Source of the DNA: Candidatus Spongiisociaceae bacterium
GTDB lineage: Bacteria > Actinomycetota > Acidimicrobiia > Spongiisociales > Spongiisociaceae
Length of the DNA: 64,000 nt
Direction: 5' to 3'
Assembly: GCA_965219685.1 (NCBI GenBank)
Contig: CBDCOH010000002.1
Location: 3,040,001 to 3,104,000, forward strand
The stretch's first letter is position 1; the number at the start of each line of letters is the position of its first letter. Both the position numbers and the translations under genes were made by a program. This document shows positions 43,514-54,818 of this stretch, piece after piece. The notes beneath the pieces were generated by a model that searched no databases, was not told where the DNA came from, and saw only the letters and a list, made by a program, of their open reading frames with translations.

Positions 43514-44842
43514 GAGCTTTGAGTTCTCCACCACGGTGAGTGTTCTGTCCGCCGCCCCTCAGGTTGGATCGAGAGAAGCCTACTAAGGAGGGAAGTCGCA
43601 TGGTAGACAGCCAGGTCGAAGTGTGTGGTGGGGTGGACACCCATCGGGATACCCATGTTGTGGCGGTGGTCGATACCGCTGGCCGGGTGTTGGGAACCGC
43701 CCCGTTCCCCGCTGATAGGGTCGGATATGAGCAGATGACCAGGTGGTTACGAACACATGGGCAGCTGCTCCGGGTTGGCGTGGAGGGAACCGGCAGCTAC
43801 GGTGCCGGCCTCGCCCGATATCTGACGGAAGCGGGCATAGCCGTGGTTGAGGTGAACCGCCCCAACCGCCAACTACGCCGCCAGAGGGGCGGCAAGTCTG
43901 ACAGCATCGACGCCGAGGCGGCAGCTCGGGCGGCCGCCTCGGGTCAAGCTACCGCAGTTCCCAAATCCGGTGTGGGCCCCGTTGAGTGCATTCGGATGCT
44001 GTTGGTGGCCCGCCGCTCCGCGGTTAAGGCACGCACCCAGGCCGCTAACCAGATCCATGCACTGGTCATAACAGCCCCTGAACACCTAAACGCCAGCTCA
44101 GAGGCCTCAAGATCAAGGCCCGGGTCAGGGTCTGTGCCCGATGGCGTCCCGGTGGGGACCAGACCACGACCGCGTATGCGAAGATGGCTCTGCGCCACCT
44201 CTCCCGCCGATACCAGACCCTCGATGCAGAAATCGCGCAACTCGACGCTGAGATCCGTCGCCTCTGCGCCCAGGCGAACCCTGCTCTCCTAGCCGCCAAA
44301 GGCGTAGGCCCTGACACAGCAGCCGCTCTCCTGGTCGCAGCCGGCGACAACCCCGAACGGATGAAATCAGAGAGGTCCTTCGCGGCGTTATCTGGCACCA
44401 GCCCCGTCCAGGCATCATCCGGCCAAACGGTCCGCAATCGCCTCAACCGGGGCGGCAACCGCAAAGCCAACAACGCGCTATGGCGAATTGCCACCAACCG
44501 GATGCGCACCGACGCCGCCACCAAAGCCTACGTGGCACGACGCAAGGCCGAGGGCAAGAAGAGAAAAGAGATCATCCGCTGCCTCAAGCGGCACATAGCA
44601 CGAGAAATCTACCGGCTCCTGACCAACCCGCCACCAACCCCGAACTGCGCCCGCCTACGGCACCAGCGACAACAAGCTGGCATCACTATCACCCGAGCCG
44701 CCCAACAACTCCGAACCCACCCCAGCCGCATCTCAGTACTCGAACACGGCCGGGACCACAACCACCATCTCGCCACCCGATACCAGAACTGGCTGCACAC
44801 CCACCGACGGCCGACTCCATCGATTTGACAAACATAGGAGCA
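43514..44842 (+). mobile_element. IS110 element E body (recombinase 43600-44828, frameshift ~44090, XRE-like C-terminus)
   Basis: IS110 motifs; right end TTGACAAACATAGGAGCA; left end cut at the donor loop by D. Confidence 0.85.
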
Positions 44843-44854
44843 TCGATGAGCGCC

Positions 44855-45175
44855 TAATCGCGCAGTCGGAACCTGGGCACATCCACCGCCGTTTCCGCCA
44901 CCGCATCCGCACCGGCCGCCAAGCGCCGACAGATCCACCAACACGACCCTCCGATACCCCTTGGACCACACCCGGCTCCGATAGCCGTCACAGACCGGGC
45001 AGGGTTTGCGGGAGCGGATCACCACCAGAGGTTCCCCCTTGCCCAGCTCGTCGGTACCGACCAATCAACCCTCGCCATGGCCTACCTGCAACTCGCACAT
45101 GCGCGTAGGATCAACTCCCACAGGGGTCCTCCTCGCCCTCAAGATGCCCTACTCCCCACTCACTTCCGAAGAACC
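44855..45175 (-). pseudogene. ISL3 left end and N-terminal fragment
   Basis: GGTTCTTCGGA end; CPVC, LVDL..GRPV..RWRKRRW.CP. Confidence 0.75.
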
Positions 45176-46163
45176 TGTTTGCTGTTGTGGTTGGTAGGTT
45201 CCGAGTCGTGGTTTGGATCGTGTTCCTGAGTTGGTGACGTAGCTCGGCTAGTGAGGGAGTTGGTGTGTCGGTGTGTAGTCTGTCCAGCAGTTCGTTAAGG
45301 TCCCATCGTAGGGTTTTACCCTGGCGGGCTAGGTAGATACCGACCTCCTTTATGTGGTATTCATCTTCGTAGTCCAGTAGAACGTAGCCGATTAGCTGAT
45401 ACAACATCGTGTTCGTGATCTTGGGAACGACAGTGGTCTTGATATCTAGAAGACACTCGTTCAATATCAGGTCAGCGTCGGCTCCGCCGATGTCTCCGCT
45501 TCCCTTAAACGTTGGGTTCAGATGGACAGGGTCGGAGAGATGTTCGCTATAGCGTTCATAGAATCTGTTTGACATTGAACACAAGTCGTCTATCCACCGG
45601 TCGTCAGGGATCGAGAGCAAATCCGAAACTGTTGAAGTGTTCGTCTGCGCGAAGAGAAGGTTCTTGGGATGTGCACCGATTCGGAAGAGTTGTTCGAAGA
45701 GAGCAAGAGCGAAACAATACCTATTCAGTTGTCGTTCCTGAACCGTCCCCAGGTCTCTGCCGCATGGATCAACCTGCCCAAGGAACCTCTCCAGGTCCTC
45801 GAAGAACCGACTGATCAGGGCTGGTGAGATAGAGTATCTCCGATCCAGAGTCTGCTTATGGCGGTATGCTCCCTTAAGAGCGACCAGTTCCGTAGAGCGG
45901 GTAATCGCAAAGTAGTAACGAATGCGATAGTCAATCGCTATACCCAATTCCCCATACGGTACAGGCTGATCTAGTAGACTCTCGGGGAGAACAGTATGGA
46001 CCTGTGCCAGTCTCCTGTTCTGCCCCCTGATAACACCACCAGTGTTAGGGAATCTCTCGTAGAAGAACCGACGTATATCATTGTCCGCCATCTGCGGTGA
46101 TCCAAGACGACGATGGCGAGACGGCTTGCTCAAGAAGAAACTCAACGACACCAATCCTCCCAT
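45111..46163 (-). CDS. PD-(D/E)XK nuclease-like protein
   Basis: GGADADLI....LLDIKTT...YQLIGY; lower GC; start uncertain; 3' end runs into the ISL3 end. Confidence 0.7.
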   Translation of the reverse strand: MGGLVSLSFFLSKPSRHRRLGSPQMADNDIRRFFYERFPNTGGVIRGQNRRLAQVHTVLPESLLDQPVPYGELGIAIDYRIRYYFAITRSTELVALKGAYRHKQTLDRRYSISPALISRFFEDLERFLGQVDPCGRDLGTVQERQLNRYCFALALFEQLFRIGAHPKNLLFAQTNTSTVSDLLSIPDDRWIDDLCSMSNRFYERYSEHLSDPVHLNPTFKGSGDIGGADADLILNECLLDIKTTVVPKITNTMLYQLIGYVLLDYEDEYHIKEVGIYLARQGKTLRWDLNELLDRLHTDTPTPSLAELRHQLRNTIQTTTRNLPTTTANRFFGSEWGVGHLEGEEDPCGS

Positions 46164-46260
46164 CGTAGTAAGTCAAACTGGAACTACTTGGCTGAATAGT
46201 TCCTCGTCACGGACCCGCGGTGCAGGCATTTGTCACAGACTCAACCATATACTCGGGCGA

Positions 46261-46791
46261 ATGGCGATCACGAACGAGCGAAAGACACGCCTTCACAGCC
46301 TTGACAACGAGTGTTGCCTCCGCTGCGGTAGCAGCCGCGAGCTCCAGGTTGACCACATACTCCCCAAAGACTTGGGCGGGTCCGACCGTTGGGAGAACCT
46401 CCAAACCCTCTGTAAAGCTTGTAATCAACGGAAAAATGCCTTATACATAGACTACCGAACGGATGGTCGTCGTCTTGCCGCCGAAAAAATGGACGGCGGT
46501 GCGCCGCTACAAGCTCCGGAACTAGAGAGACTCGCGGCTGCCACCGGAGCCTTGGACAGAGCACTCCAGCAACGGTATGAGGCCCTGCTAGCTGCGGTCA
46601 CAGCTGAGCCTTCCCAGCAGGCCCTTGCAGCGGCTGCTATCGGGGCCTTGGACAGAGCACTCCGGCAATGGGATGAGACGCTGCTAGCTGCGGTCACAGC
46701 TGAGCCTTCCCAGCAGGCCGTGGCAGCTGCGGCCGGTTTGACTGCGCCCGCGCGTCTAGATGCTCCGCCAGTCATGGACAAGCAGACATAG
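46261..46791 (+). CDS. HNH endonuclease with duplicated ~31-aa C-terminal helix
   Basis: CLRCG...VDHILP...GG.D..ENLQTLCKACNQRK. Confidence 0.85.
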   Translation: MAITNERKTRLHSLDNECCLRCGSSRELQVDHILPKDLGGSDRWENLQTLCKACNQRKNALYIDYRTDGRRLAAEKMDGGAPLQAPELERLAAATGALDRALQQRYEALLAAVTAEPSQQALAAAAIGALDRALRQWDETLLAAVTAEPSQQAVAAAAGLTAPARLDAPPVMDKQT

Positions 46792-46883
46792 GGTGATGTT
46801 GATGAATCCCGGACCCAGGCTCTCTTGTCGGCTCAGCGGGCCGGGGCGTCGAGGTGTTTAGCGGTCAACCCGGGCCAAGGCAT

Positions 46884-47020
46884 CTACTGCGGGCCGCGTG
46901 TACACGGTGATAGGGTACGTAGGTCACGGTCGCGGCTCTTCGCCTGCAGCACTAAGGCGGAAACTCCGGCCTCGGCCAGGTACCTGAGGTTTGAGTGGGG
47001 GAACTGGCGGAGGGTGATAC
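46884..47020 (-). pseudogene. Second tyrosine recombinase C-terminal fragment
   Basis: TLRQFPHSNLRYLAEAGVS...LQAKS....LRTL, homologous to the 39-kb remnant. Confidence 0.55.
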
Positions 47021-47141
47021 GTGTTTCCGGGCCGCTCCTCCGGGATGGGCTGATGACCCCCGGACCCCCAACTCGCGAACTGGTACACGTTCGAGGTAGC
47101 CACACGGACCGACCGAACCCCCAGAGAGCACAGTTGGCCTG

Positions 47142-48152
47142 TCAGAGGTTGTTCTCCCCGCCTGGGGGAGCCAGAGAACGGGGAACAACCTTTTGGGTGG
47201 GTGCATTTGGTGGGTTGACGAGGCGGAGCACCACATAGCTCGGCTCGTGGGCTGCGTGGCCGATGACCCACACCTCGTCGAAGCAGCCGAATGAGACACC
47301 GCCGAAGGCCTCAAACGGGTAGGGAGCGACAGCGTCGGGACCGAAGTGATCGTTGAGTTGCCAAGCAGTAGCTTCGTCGAGCATTACCGCCAGCCACTTC
47401 AGACCGGGTGCACCGTCCATCTGGCCCTTCGTCGTCTTGATCTCTACTCGTTCCTCGATCGCCTGAGCCAACATCTCCAGATTGTCGAGGGATGCTGAGC
47501 CGGTCATCCCATGAATGCGTATCATGCCGGCTCCCGGCCCGGTCCGCTGTGGGGGTTTCAGCACGGTTACGTATCTGGCTGCCATCGAGTCATGGAAATG
47601 GTCGATCAACAGGTCGGGGTACCAGTAACCGGAAACCGGCGCCCAAGAGCGCAACCACTCCTCGAAACTGACAACTTGCGGGGCGGCCTCCCGCCATGCC
47701 CTGATCCAATGACTGGTCTTGAGGTATCCATGCACACTGACGAGTTCCGCGTTTGCGGCCTCAGCAATCTCCACAGGAGTGCCACCGGTGCCCTCTGCCG
47801 CTACGAGAACCTCAACGAGCGCGTCCACAAGATCCCTGAGAGGACGACTCTTGTTAGCCTCCGGGTCCAGATCTGACACCTTTACCGTCCACACATACGA
47901 CAGCCGACGATCAAACCGTTCTGGACCAGGGCGGCTAGTCACCTGACTCCAGAAACTCAGCGCCGCGGGCTCCGTATGCATCGTCACCTCAACATCGGCC
48001 ACGCGCCCGTCGGCTAATGTCACCCGCCAATCAGCAGTGGGCTCGTTACCCGAGTCATCAAGCCGCACCGGCACGGCAACCACATCCTCGACCGCGCAGA
48101 CGACATCCCGCGCAGCAAGTTCCTCAATGCGAGGCGGCCGCTGCGTACCCAT
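47142..48152 (-). CDS. Hypothetical protein, possible restriction-endonuclease fold
   Basis: EELAA...TADWRVTLADGRVADVEVT; 336-aa clean ORF. Confidence 0.5.
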   Translation of the reverse strand: MGTQRPPRIEELAARDVVCAVEDVVAVPVRLDDSGNEPTADWRVTLADGRVADVEVTMHTEPAALSFWSQVTSRPGPERFDRRLSYVWTVKVSDLDPEANKSRPLRDLVDALVEVLVAAEGTGGTPVEIAEAANAELVSVHGYLKTSHWIRAWREAAPQVVSFEEWLRSWAPVSGYWYPDLLIDHFHDSMAARYVTVLKPPQRTGPGAGMIRIHGMTGSASLDNLEMLAQAIEERVEIKTTKGQMDGAPGLKWLAVMLDEATAWQLNDHFGPDAVAPYPFEAFGGVSFGCFDEVWVIGHAAHEPSYVVLRLVNPPNAPTQKVVPRSLAPPGGENNL

Positions 48153-48161
48153 GGGAAGAAC

Positions 48162-49652
48162 CTAATGGGGGTCCACCACTTCTTCTGGTTCATCTGGGAG
48201 GGTGTGGTGGTTGAGCTGGCTGGCCGGTGAGTACTCCAAGCTCCTGGAACTCTGATTCCTGTTGATAGATCGTGCTCCGGCCGGTGAGTGAGGGCTGCTT
48301 GTAGCGCTCATGGGGTGGCGTGCCGCGAAGAGCACTGATCTGCTAGGTCGCCGCCAGGCGTTTCCTCCACAGCTCGAGAGTGATCCGTCTATGGAGGAGG
48401 CAAGGATGATCTTTGTGGGTGATGACTGGGCTGAGGGACATCATGATGTGTGTCTCATGGACGAGTCCGGAGTTCCGTTGGCCGCTCGGCGGCTACCAGA
48501 AGGTCTGGCAGGTGTGGCCCAGTTGCATGAGATGATCGGCGAGCACGTATCGGATCCGTCCGAGGTGGTGGTGGGCATCGAGTGTGACCGTGGTTTGTGG
48601 GTCGGTGCTCTGGTCGGGGCGGGTTATCAGGTGTATGCGATCAACCCGATGGCAGTTTCGCGTTACCGGGACCCGTCATAGCCAGGGTGGGGCCAAATCA
48701 GACCGTGGCGACGCCAAGGTGTTAGCCGACCTAGTACGCACCGACCGGCACAACCATCGTCGGGTTGCCGGTGATAGCCCCGAAGCCGAAGGGATCAAAG
48801 TCCTGGCTAGGACGCATCAGAACCTGATCTGGGCTCGGGTGCGTCACACCAACCAGATCCGCAACGCCCTGCGCGAGTACTACCCCGCAGCCCTCGAAAC
48901 CTTCGATGAGCGGGCTAATCGCGACACCGTCGCCGTGCTGGGTCGGGCAACCACCCCCACCCGGGGTGCCCGCCTGACCGTCACCCAGATTAGGGCCGCG
49001 CTCCGCGCCGCCGGCCGACGCCGCACCCTCGATACGGCTGCCCGTCGAATACAAAAAGGGCTCCGCACCCGCCAACTCGCCGCTCCTGGGCGGGTCACCG
49101 ACGCACACGGGGCCACTGTGGGGGCGCTGGTGAGCGTCATTGCGGAAACCAACCGCCAGTTCACAGACCTCGAAGCAACCCTGGAAACCCGCTTTGAGGA
49201 GCACCCGGACGCCGTCATCTACCACTCCCAGCCAGGACTCGGTACCGTGCTCGGCGCCCGGGCGCTCGCAGAGAGTCCGGGGACGACCCCCAACGCTACA
49301 CCAGCGCCAAGTCACCCAGGAACTATGCCGGCACGTCGCCCATCACCATCGCGTCAGGCCGCAAACACACCGTTATGGCCCGCCACGTCCGCAACCGGCG
49401 CCTCTACGACGCCCTCGACCAATGGGCATTCTGTTCCCTAACCCGAAGTCCAGGCGCCCGAGCGTTCTACGACCAACGCCGAGCCGCCGGCGACCTCCAC
49501 CACCAAGCACTCCGAGCCCTCGCCAACCGGCTCGTGGGTATCCTCCACGGCTGTCTCAAACACCGAACCACCTATGACGAACACACTACCTGGGCCCACC
49601 GCACCACCCTCGACCAAGCCGCAGCTTGACATTTGCCCGCCTGGGGTGTCTA
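48162..49652 (+). mobile_element. IS110 element D2 (frameshifted recombinase 48406-49629)
   Basis: Near-identical to D1, including both frameshifts; CTA core. Confidence 0.9.
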
Positions 49653-49868
49653 TCAGGTCACATCCGCTTCGAAGCCAAAGCTCCGCCATCAGGTCACATC
49701 CGCTTCGAAGCCAAAGCTCCGCCCCTGACCGGCGGGACAGGCCGACAGATCCCCAGCAAGGCAACACACGCGCCGGATTTCGATTGGGTCAGACCCGCCC
49801 CCCAGTCCAGGGGACCACCACTCATCCTCGCAGCAGTCCCCCTCAAAAGGGCACCTTCAGTATGAGTG
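49653..49868 (-). ncRNA. Displaced IS110 left end with target-binding loop (probably element E); carries a 36-bp tandem duplication at 49652-49723
   Basis: CACTCATACT...GGTCTGACCCA...GATCTGTCGGCC...GTGACC scaffold. Confidence 0.75.
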
Positions 49869-49888
49869 AATTTCGCTGATCGCCAACA

Positions 49889-50227
49889 AGAGACCGTGCG
49901 GGGCATCTACGACATCGACAGCCCAGCCGTCGCTCTCCGCTACACCCTCCAGCTCGCCGACGACCTCCAAGACGAATCCTGCCCACCGGAGATCCACAAG
50001 CTGGGCCGAACCATCGCCCGCTGGACGCCGCAGATCGCCAACTGGCACATCTCCAAGGTGACCAACGGACCCACCGAAGCGCTCAACAACCTGATCAAGA
50101 GGATCAAGCGAGCAGCGTTCGGGTTCCGGAACTTCGCGAACTACCGAATCCGGGCTCTCCTCTACGCCGGGAAGCCCAACTGGGATCTACTCCCATCGGT
50201 CACTCCCCACTGAAACGCGATGAGCCC
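49889..50227 (+). pseudogene. ISL3 C-terminal fragment and right end, preceded by an IS21 terminus (49869-49888)
   Basis: TNGPTEALNNLIKRIKRAAFGFRNF; end CCCACTGAAACGCGATGAGCC. Confidence 0.85.
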
Positions 50228-50229
50228 TA

Positions 50230-50895
50230 TTAGCTGTCTTACCTGAAACTATGTCGATCAGCTGGCGGCCTCCCACATCGACCACAGACGTGCACCACTG
50301 TTTGGCACGGAACTGGCCGCGCCGCCAGAACACCGTCTCATCGACCCCGACAGCCTCGACCCTGCCTACCCGGTTGCTGTCTGCCTCCAGGAGTGCTTCA
50401 CCCCAGCGGCGGACCTCGTCATTCACCGTATGCCAATCACAGCCCAGTTCTGTGGCAACTTCCTCGACCGATCGACCCATCCGACCCACCTGTGTCGTAA
50501 CCCACCTCGCGGCTCGGGACGTCAACAACGCTCGAGTCGGAGCGATCATCGGGTCTTGTTCAACGAACGAGCGAACCGCACAGTCGGAGTTCGGACACGT
50601 CCAGCGCCTTTTCCCCACCGCAACCGCACCGGCCGGCCGAACGCCGCCAGATCCACCAACACCACGCTCCGATACCCCTTGGACCACACCCGGCTCCCAC
50701 AACCCTTACAGGTCGGGCGGGGTCGACGGGAACGGATCACCACCACAAGCGGTGCGTCCTCGCCCCGCTCTTCTATCCCTACCAGGTCAACGTCGCCCAG
50801 GCCTACCAGCAACTCACACATGCGCGTAGGTCAGCTTCCACAGGGTTCCTCCTCGCCCTCAAGATGCCCTAATCCCCACTGAAATCCGAAGAGCC
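50230..50895 (-). pseudogene. ISL3 N-terminal fragment and left end
   Basis: KRRWTCP, VA.ELGCDWHTVN, GVDET; end GGCTCTTCGGATTTCAGTGGG. Confidence 0.85.
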
Positions 50896-50958
50896 ACTTA
50901 ACTGGAAGCTACGTACACGAGATGCTGCTAGGAGGTCTGGGCGATGTCTAGGGACCGA

Positions 50959-52134
50959 CTAACTCGGTCGTGGTATTGCCGCGTGGAGATAGGCACCGTC
51001 CTCCGATGTCCTTGTTGCCAACTCGAGATATCTCTTTGAGTTCGGGAATGATCTGATTGAGACGGTGGGTCCACACGGACGGAATGTCGACGTATTGTCC
51101 TTATGAGATATCGCAACGAGGCCGTCGCTTGTTTCGATAATGAGTGAAGACGTGGTTTCACAGGCCGTGAGAGGCTTGCCTTTGTAACGGCCGATTCGAT
51201 GAACTCTCTTCGCGATTCGGCGGCCACCGATACTCCGATACAGACGTGCAGCGAACACACGGCCCTCTAGTAGGGCGATCAGACGCTGCCGAGAGAACAG
51301 GATGTAGTCGAGTGTCTCATTGAGGAAGGGCGAACCGGAACCGTCACTCGACGTGCTCACGCTTGCTGGCTCCACTCCAACTAGTACCTTGTCTGGTACA
51401 CTCCTGGCTGAAGAATTGGTGTCTTCCCGTTGGCCTTCTAGATAGGAAAACTCATTACGTGAGGGGAAATTGAAGAGCCCTCCACTTCCAAACGTGGCTC
51501 GCTCTGAAGCAACCGCTACTTGTCGCTCCTTAGCGCGTTGGCCTGAGCGATAGCCAAAGTCGTCGAACAGCATACGAAGCCCAGCGTCGCCACAAGAAGC
51601 TGCTATCGATCCAAGGCTCGCTGCTGCGGAGTAGCACGAGTGCCTGATCCGGGATTCGAAGGTCACAGTGTCTTTTCGCGTATGCCATGTAGGGATGTGG
51701 GGTGTGTGTGATCGTATCGTCTGGGGTTCTGTGAGTTCGAATAGGCCCTCGTCTGTACCACAATAGATTCGATCTGCGTAGATCAGTATGTCGAGCAAGC
51801 TGTTGGCTTCTAGCCGGGTCTCGAAGACCCAATATGGGGTATTGTCGAGATCGATCACCAAGTCTAAGTCGGAGTCACGTTCACTAAGTCTTGTCGCGCT
51901 CCGATATTGACCAGCCGCGGCTCCAAGTCTGTTTGAGTGGAAGAGTTGGAAGCAAGCTCCAGCCGCGGCCTGTGGGTCATCCGATAGTTCCGTTCTAATT
52001 AGTGACTCGATACCTGACACAGGAAACAAATATAGCCTACTGTCGTAACTCCAAGCATGGATCGTGGTCCGGTAAACGAACATGTCCTCGATAGGTGGAC
52101 CCTCTAATCGTACAGAGATCCAACGGTCTGTCAT
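50959..52134 (-). CDS. Hypothetical 391-aa beta-rich protein
   Basis: Long clean ORF in a lower-GC block; ATGA overlap with the upstream gene. Confidence 0.75.
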   Translation of the reverse strand: MTDRWISVRLEGPPIEDMFVYRTTIHAWSYDSRLYLFPVSGIESLIRTELSDDPQAAAGACFQLFHSNRLGAAAGQYRSATRLSERDSDLDLVIDLDNTPYWVFETRLEANSLLDILIYADRIYCGTDEGLFELTEPQTIRSHTPHIPTWHTRKDTVTFESRIRHSCYSAAASLGSIAASCGDAGLRMLFDDFGYRSGQRAKERQVAVASERATFGSGGLFNFPSRNEFSYLEGQREDTNSSARSVPDKVLVGVEPASVSTSSDGSGSPFLNETLDYILFSRQRLIALLEGRVFAARLYRSIGGRRIAKRVHRIGRYKGKPLTACETTSSLIIETSDGLVAISHKDNTSTFRPCGPTVSIRSFPNSKRYLELATRTSEDGAYLHAAIPRPS

Positions 52135-52571
52135 ACCTTACCTCTTCGTATCCGTGCAGCCTGTGGCTCACTGATGATATGTTTGCTTATCCAGTCTTTT
52201 ACCAAATTAGGAGGGGGAAGGTGCTCAAAGTGTCGATTAGTATCGAGAGCAGACACTGGATAACCGTGCCACGGATCGGTGTCGTTACGACGCCTAGGAA
52301 ACTTTGCAAGGCGCTCATCTGCAGATCCTAGTACTACTAGATCGTCTTGCAGGCCCCACAGATGTCCCGACGTGTCCAACCAATTGCTAACAAACGAACG
52401 CTTGAAGATATAATATTCATGTCGTGGCTCTATCGACTTGGCCCACTTGTTGGCACGAATTCGACTCGTTGGACGATGTTTATGCATCGACAAGTATGAG
52501 TCACAACCATTTAGCGCGGGGAAGTGGACACCGGACTGAGTGGCTGTTCCCATGGGCAATGCGCTCCTCAC
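52131..52571 (-). CDS. Small hypothetical protein with WHGYP motif (possible RNase toxin)
   Basis: LG...ERLAKFP......PWHGYP; coupled to 50959-52134; start uncertain. Confidence 0.55.
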   Translation of the reverse strand: MRSALPMGTATQSGVHFPALNGCDSYLSMHKHRPTSRIRANKWAKSIEPRHEYYIFKRSFVSNWLDTSGHLWGLQDDLVVLGSADERLAKFPRRRNDTDPWHGYPVSALDTNRHFEHLPPPNLVKDWISKHIISEPQAARIRRGKV

Positions 52572-53131
52572 TCGTAGACGGCTGCCACCCGGACTCTCAA
52601 GGGTGTCGTGTTGGGGATCATAGGCACAGTCGATGATCGAATCCGGCGGCCACGCGCTTCGCCCCTTGCAGAGTGCCCGCGGGCTACGGCGTTCGGGGCG
52701 TCGCGTAGGACTTCCGGGGTTGCTTACGTTCCTACCACTCCTGACCCTGCTCGAGCGATACCTCTGGCCTAGCTCAAGCAGGGTTCGATCTGCCCCACGC
52801 GATCCTGCTTGCGGGTCCTGCTGACGGCAATAAGGACCTGAACCCCGAACTGTTCCCCCCGGCCCAGGACCAGCTGATCGCCGTCACACTCGGCGACGAG
52901 TACCCCAACGGGATAACCGTCAGCGGCTACCTGTCTTCCCGAGTGGGCATCTACCAGCCGAACAACAGCTCACGCTGCACACAGCCAGGGCACACGACCG
53001 GGGCGCCACATGCGCCGACATCGCCGCCACCGTCGGCTACCCGACCGAGATAGTCCGCCAACTGGTCGACCAACACCACTGGGACGACTGCCGGAACTGC
53101 GGCCAACAGAACAACAAGAGGCTTCGCGAAA

Positions 53132-54615
53132 ACACTCATACTTGTAGGGTCCTCCTCGGCTGGGGGCCGGGTCTGACCCACGCGAAAACTGGCGTTTGGT
53201 GCCTTTCCACGATCTGTCGACCTGGCCCTAGCCGGGAGCCCTGGACCGGGGAGCGGGGTGACCTAATAGGAGCCTTCGACTTCTCCACCATGAGTGTTCT
53301 GTCCGCCGCTCTGCCCGGCTCAGGGAACTTGGAATTGTAGGCAGCCGACGGAAGGCGGGCACATGGAAGAGCAAGATCGAGCCGATGGCATGGTTGTGGT
53401 CGGTGGGGTGGACACGCATCGGGATACCCATTGTTGGGGCCGCGGTCGATACCACGGGTCGCCTGTTGGGATCGGCCCAGTTCCAGGCTGATACGGCTGG
53501 CTATGGGCAACTGGTTGCCTGGATGGAGTCGTGGGGTCGGGTCAGCCGGGTCGGGGTGGAAGGGACTGGCAGCTACGGTGCCGGCTTGGCCCGTCACCTC
53601 ACCGGCGCCGGTATCGAGGTGGTGGAAGTGATGCGTCCCAACCGCCAGTTACGCCGCCGGAGAGGCAAGGACGACCACACCGACGCCGAAGCAGCAGCTC
53701 GAGCAGCTCTGAATGGCGAAGCAACCGCGGTGCCCAAGTCCGGTGACGGACCGGTCGAGTGGATACGGATGCTGACCGTAGTTCGCCGCTCCGCCGTCAA
53801 GGCCCGCACCCAGGCCGCCAACCAACTCCATGCCCTGGTGGTTGGTGCCCCAGAACCGGTAAAAGACCAGCTAAAGGACATGAAACTCAAAGGCCTGGTT
53901 AAGACTTGTGCCCGCTTTTCGACCTAGCGGAGAGTCCTCCCTCAGCTACACGAAGCAGGCCCTCCGCTGCCTAGCCCGCCGCTACCAGGTCCTCGACACC
54001 GAGATCGCAGAGCTCGATGTCGAGATCCGCCGTCTCTGCGCCAAGGCCAACCCGGCGCTCCTAGCCGCCAAAGGTGTCGGTCCCGACACAGCCGCCAAGC
54101 TGCTGGTCGCAGCCGGCGACAACCCCCAACGCATGAAATCGGAACGGTCCTTCGCTGCGCTGTGCGGCACCAGCCCCGTCCCCGCATCATCAGGACGCAC
54201 AGTCCGGCATCGTCTCAACCGGGGCGGCAACCGCCAAGCCAACAGCGCCCTGTGGCGGATCGCTACCACCCGGATGCGTACCGACGCCGCCACCAAAGAA
54301 TACGTGACCAGACGCGAGGCTGAAGGCAAGAAGCGAACCGAGATCATCCGCTGCCTCAAGCGGCACATCACCCGAGAGATCTACCGGCTCCTCACCAACC
54401 CACCCCCAACCCCGAACTGCCCCCAACTGCGCAACCGGCGCCAACACCAGGGAATCACCGTCACCCGAGGCCGCCCGAACTTTCGGAACCTACCCCAGCC
54501 GCATCTCAGCACTCGAGCTCGGCCGAGACCACAACCACCAACTCGCTACCCGATACCAGAGGTGGCTCCGAACTCCCGAACCCGGCCCGTCGCCGATTTG
54601 ATAAACATAGGAGCA
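53132..54615 (+). mobile_element. IS110 element G, frameshifted sibling of F
   Basis: Same ends and near-identical guides; inserted in GAGGCTTCGCGAAA|TCGTGGG; frameshifts ~53430, ~53920, ~54470. Confidence 0.9.
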
Positions 54616-54680
54616 TCGTGGGATTTGGGCTGTTCTGGTGGTCGGTGTTGAGGAGCCCTCAACAGGATGAGTGCCGTCTA

Positions 54681-54818
54681 TGAGGTCACATCCGCTCCGG
54701 GCTGGCTGCCCGTACCCCCCGACCGGTGCCCGGCCGACAGATCCGGGGTAAAAGGCACCACAGCCAGTTTCCCGGTGGGTCAGACCGGACCCCGGTCGAG
54801 GTCCCTTAAGTATGAGTG
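54681..54818 (-). ncRNA. Orphan IS110 left end H (target-binding loop only)
   Basis: Same scaffold; guides ACCGGGAAA and CCCCGGAT; truncated at the start of the donor loop. Confidence 0.7.
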
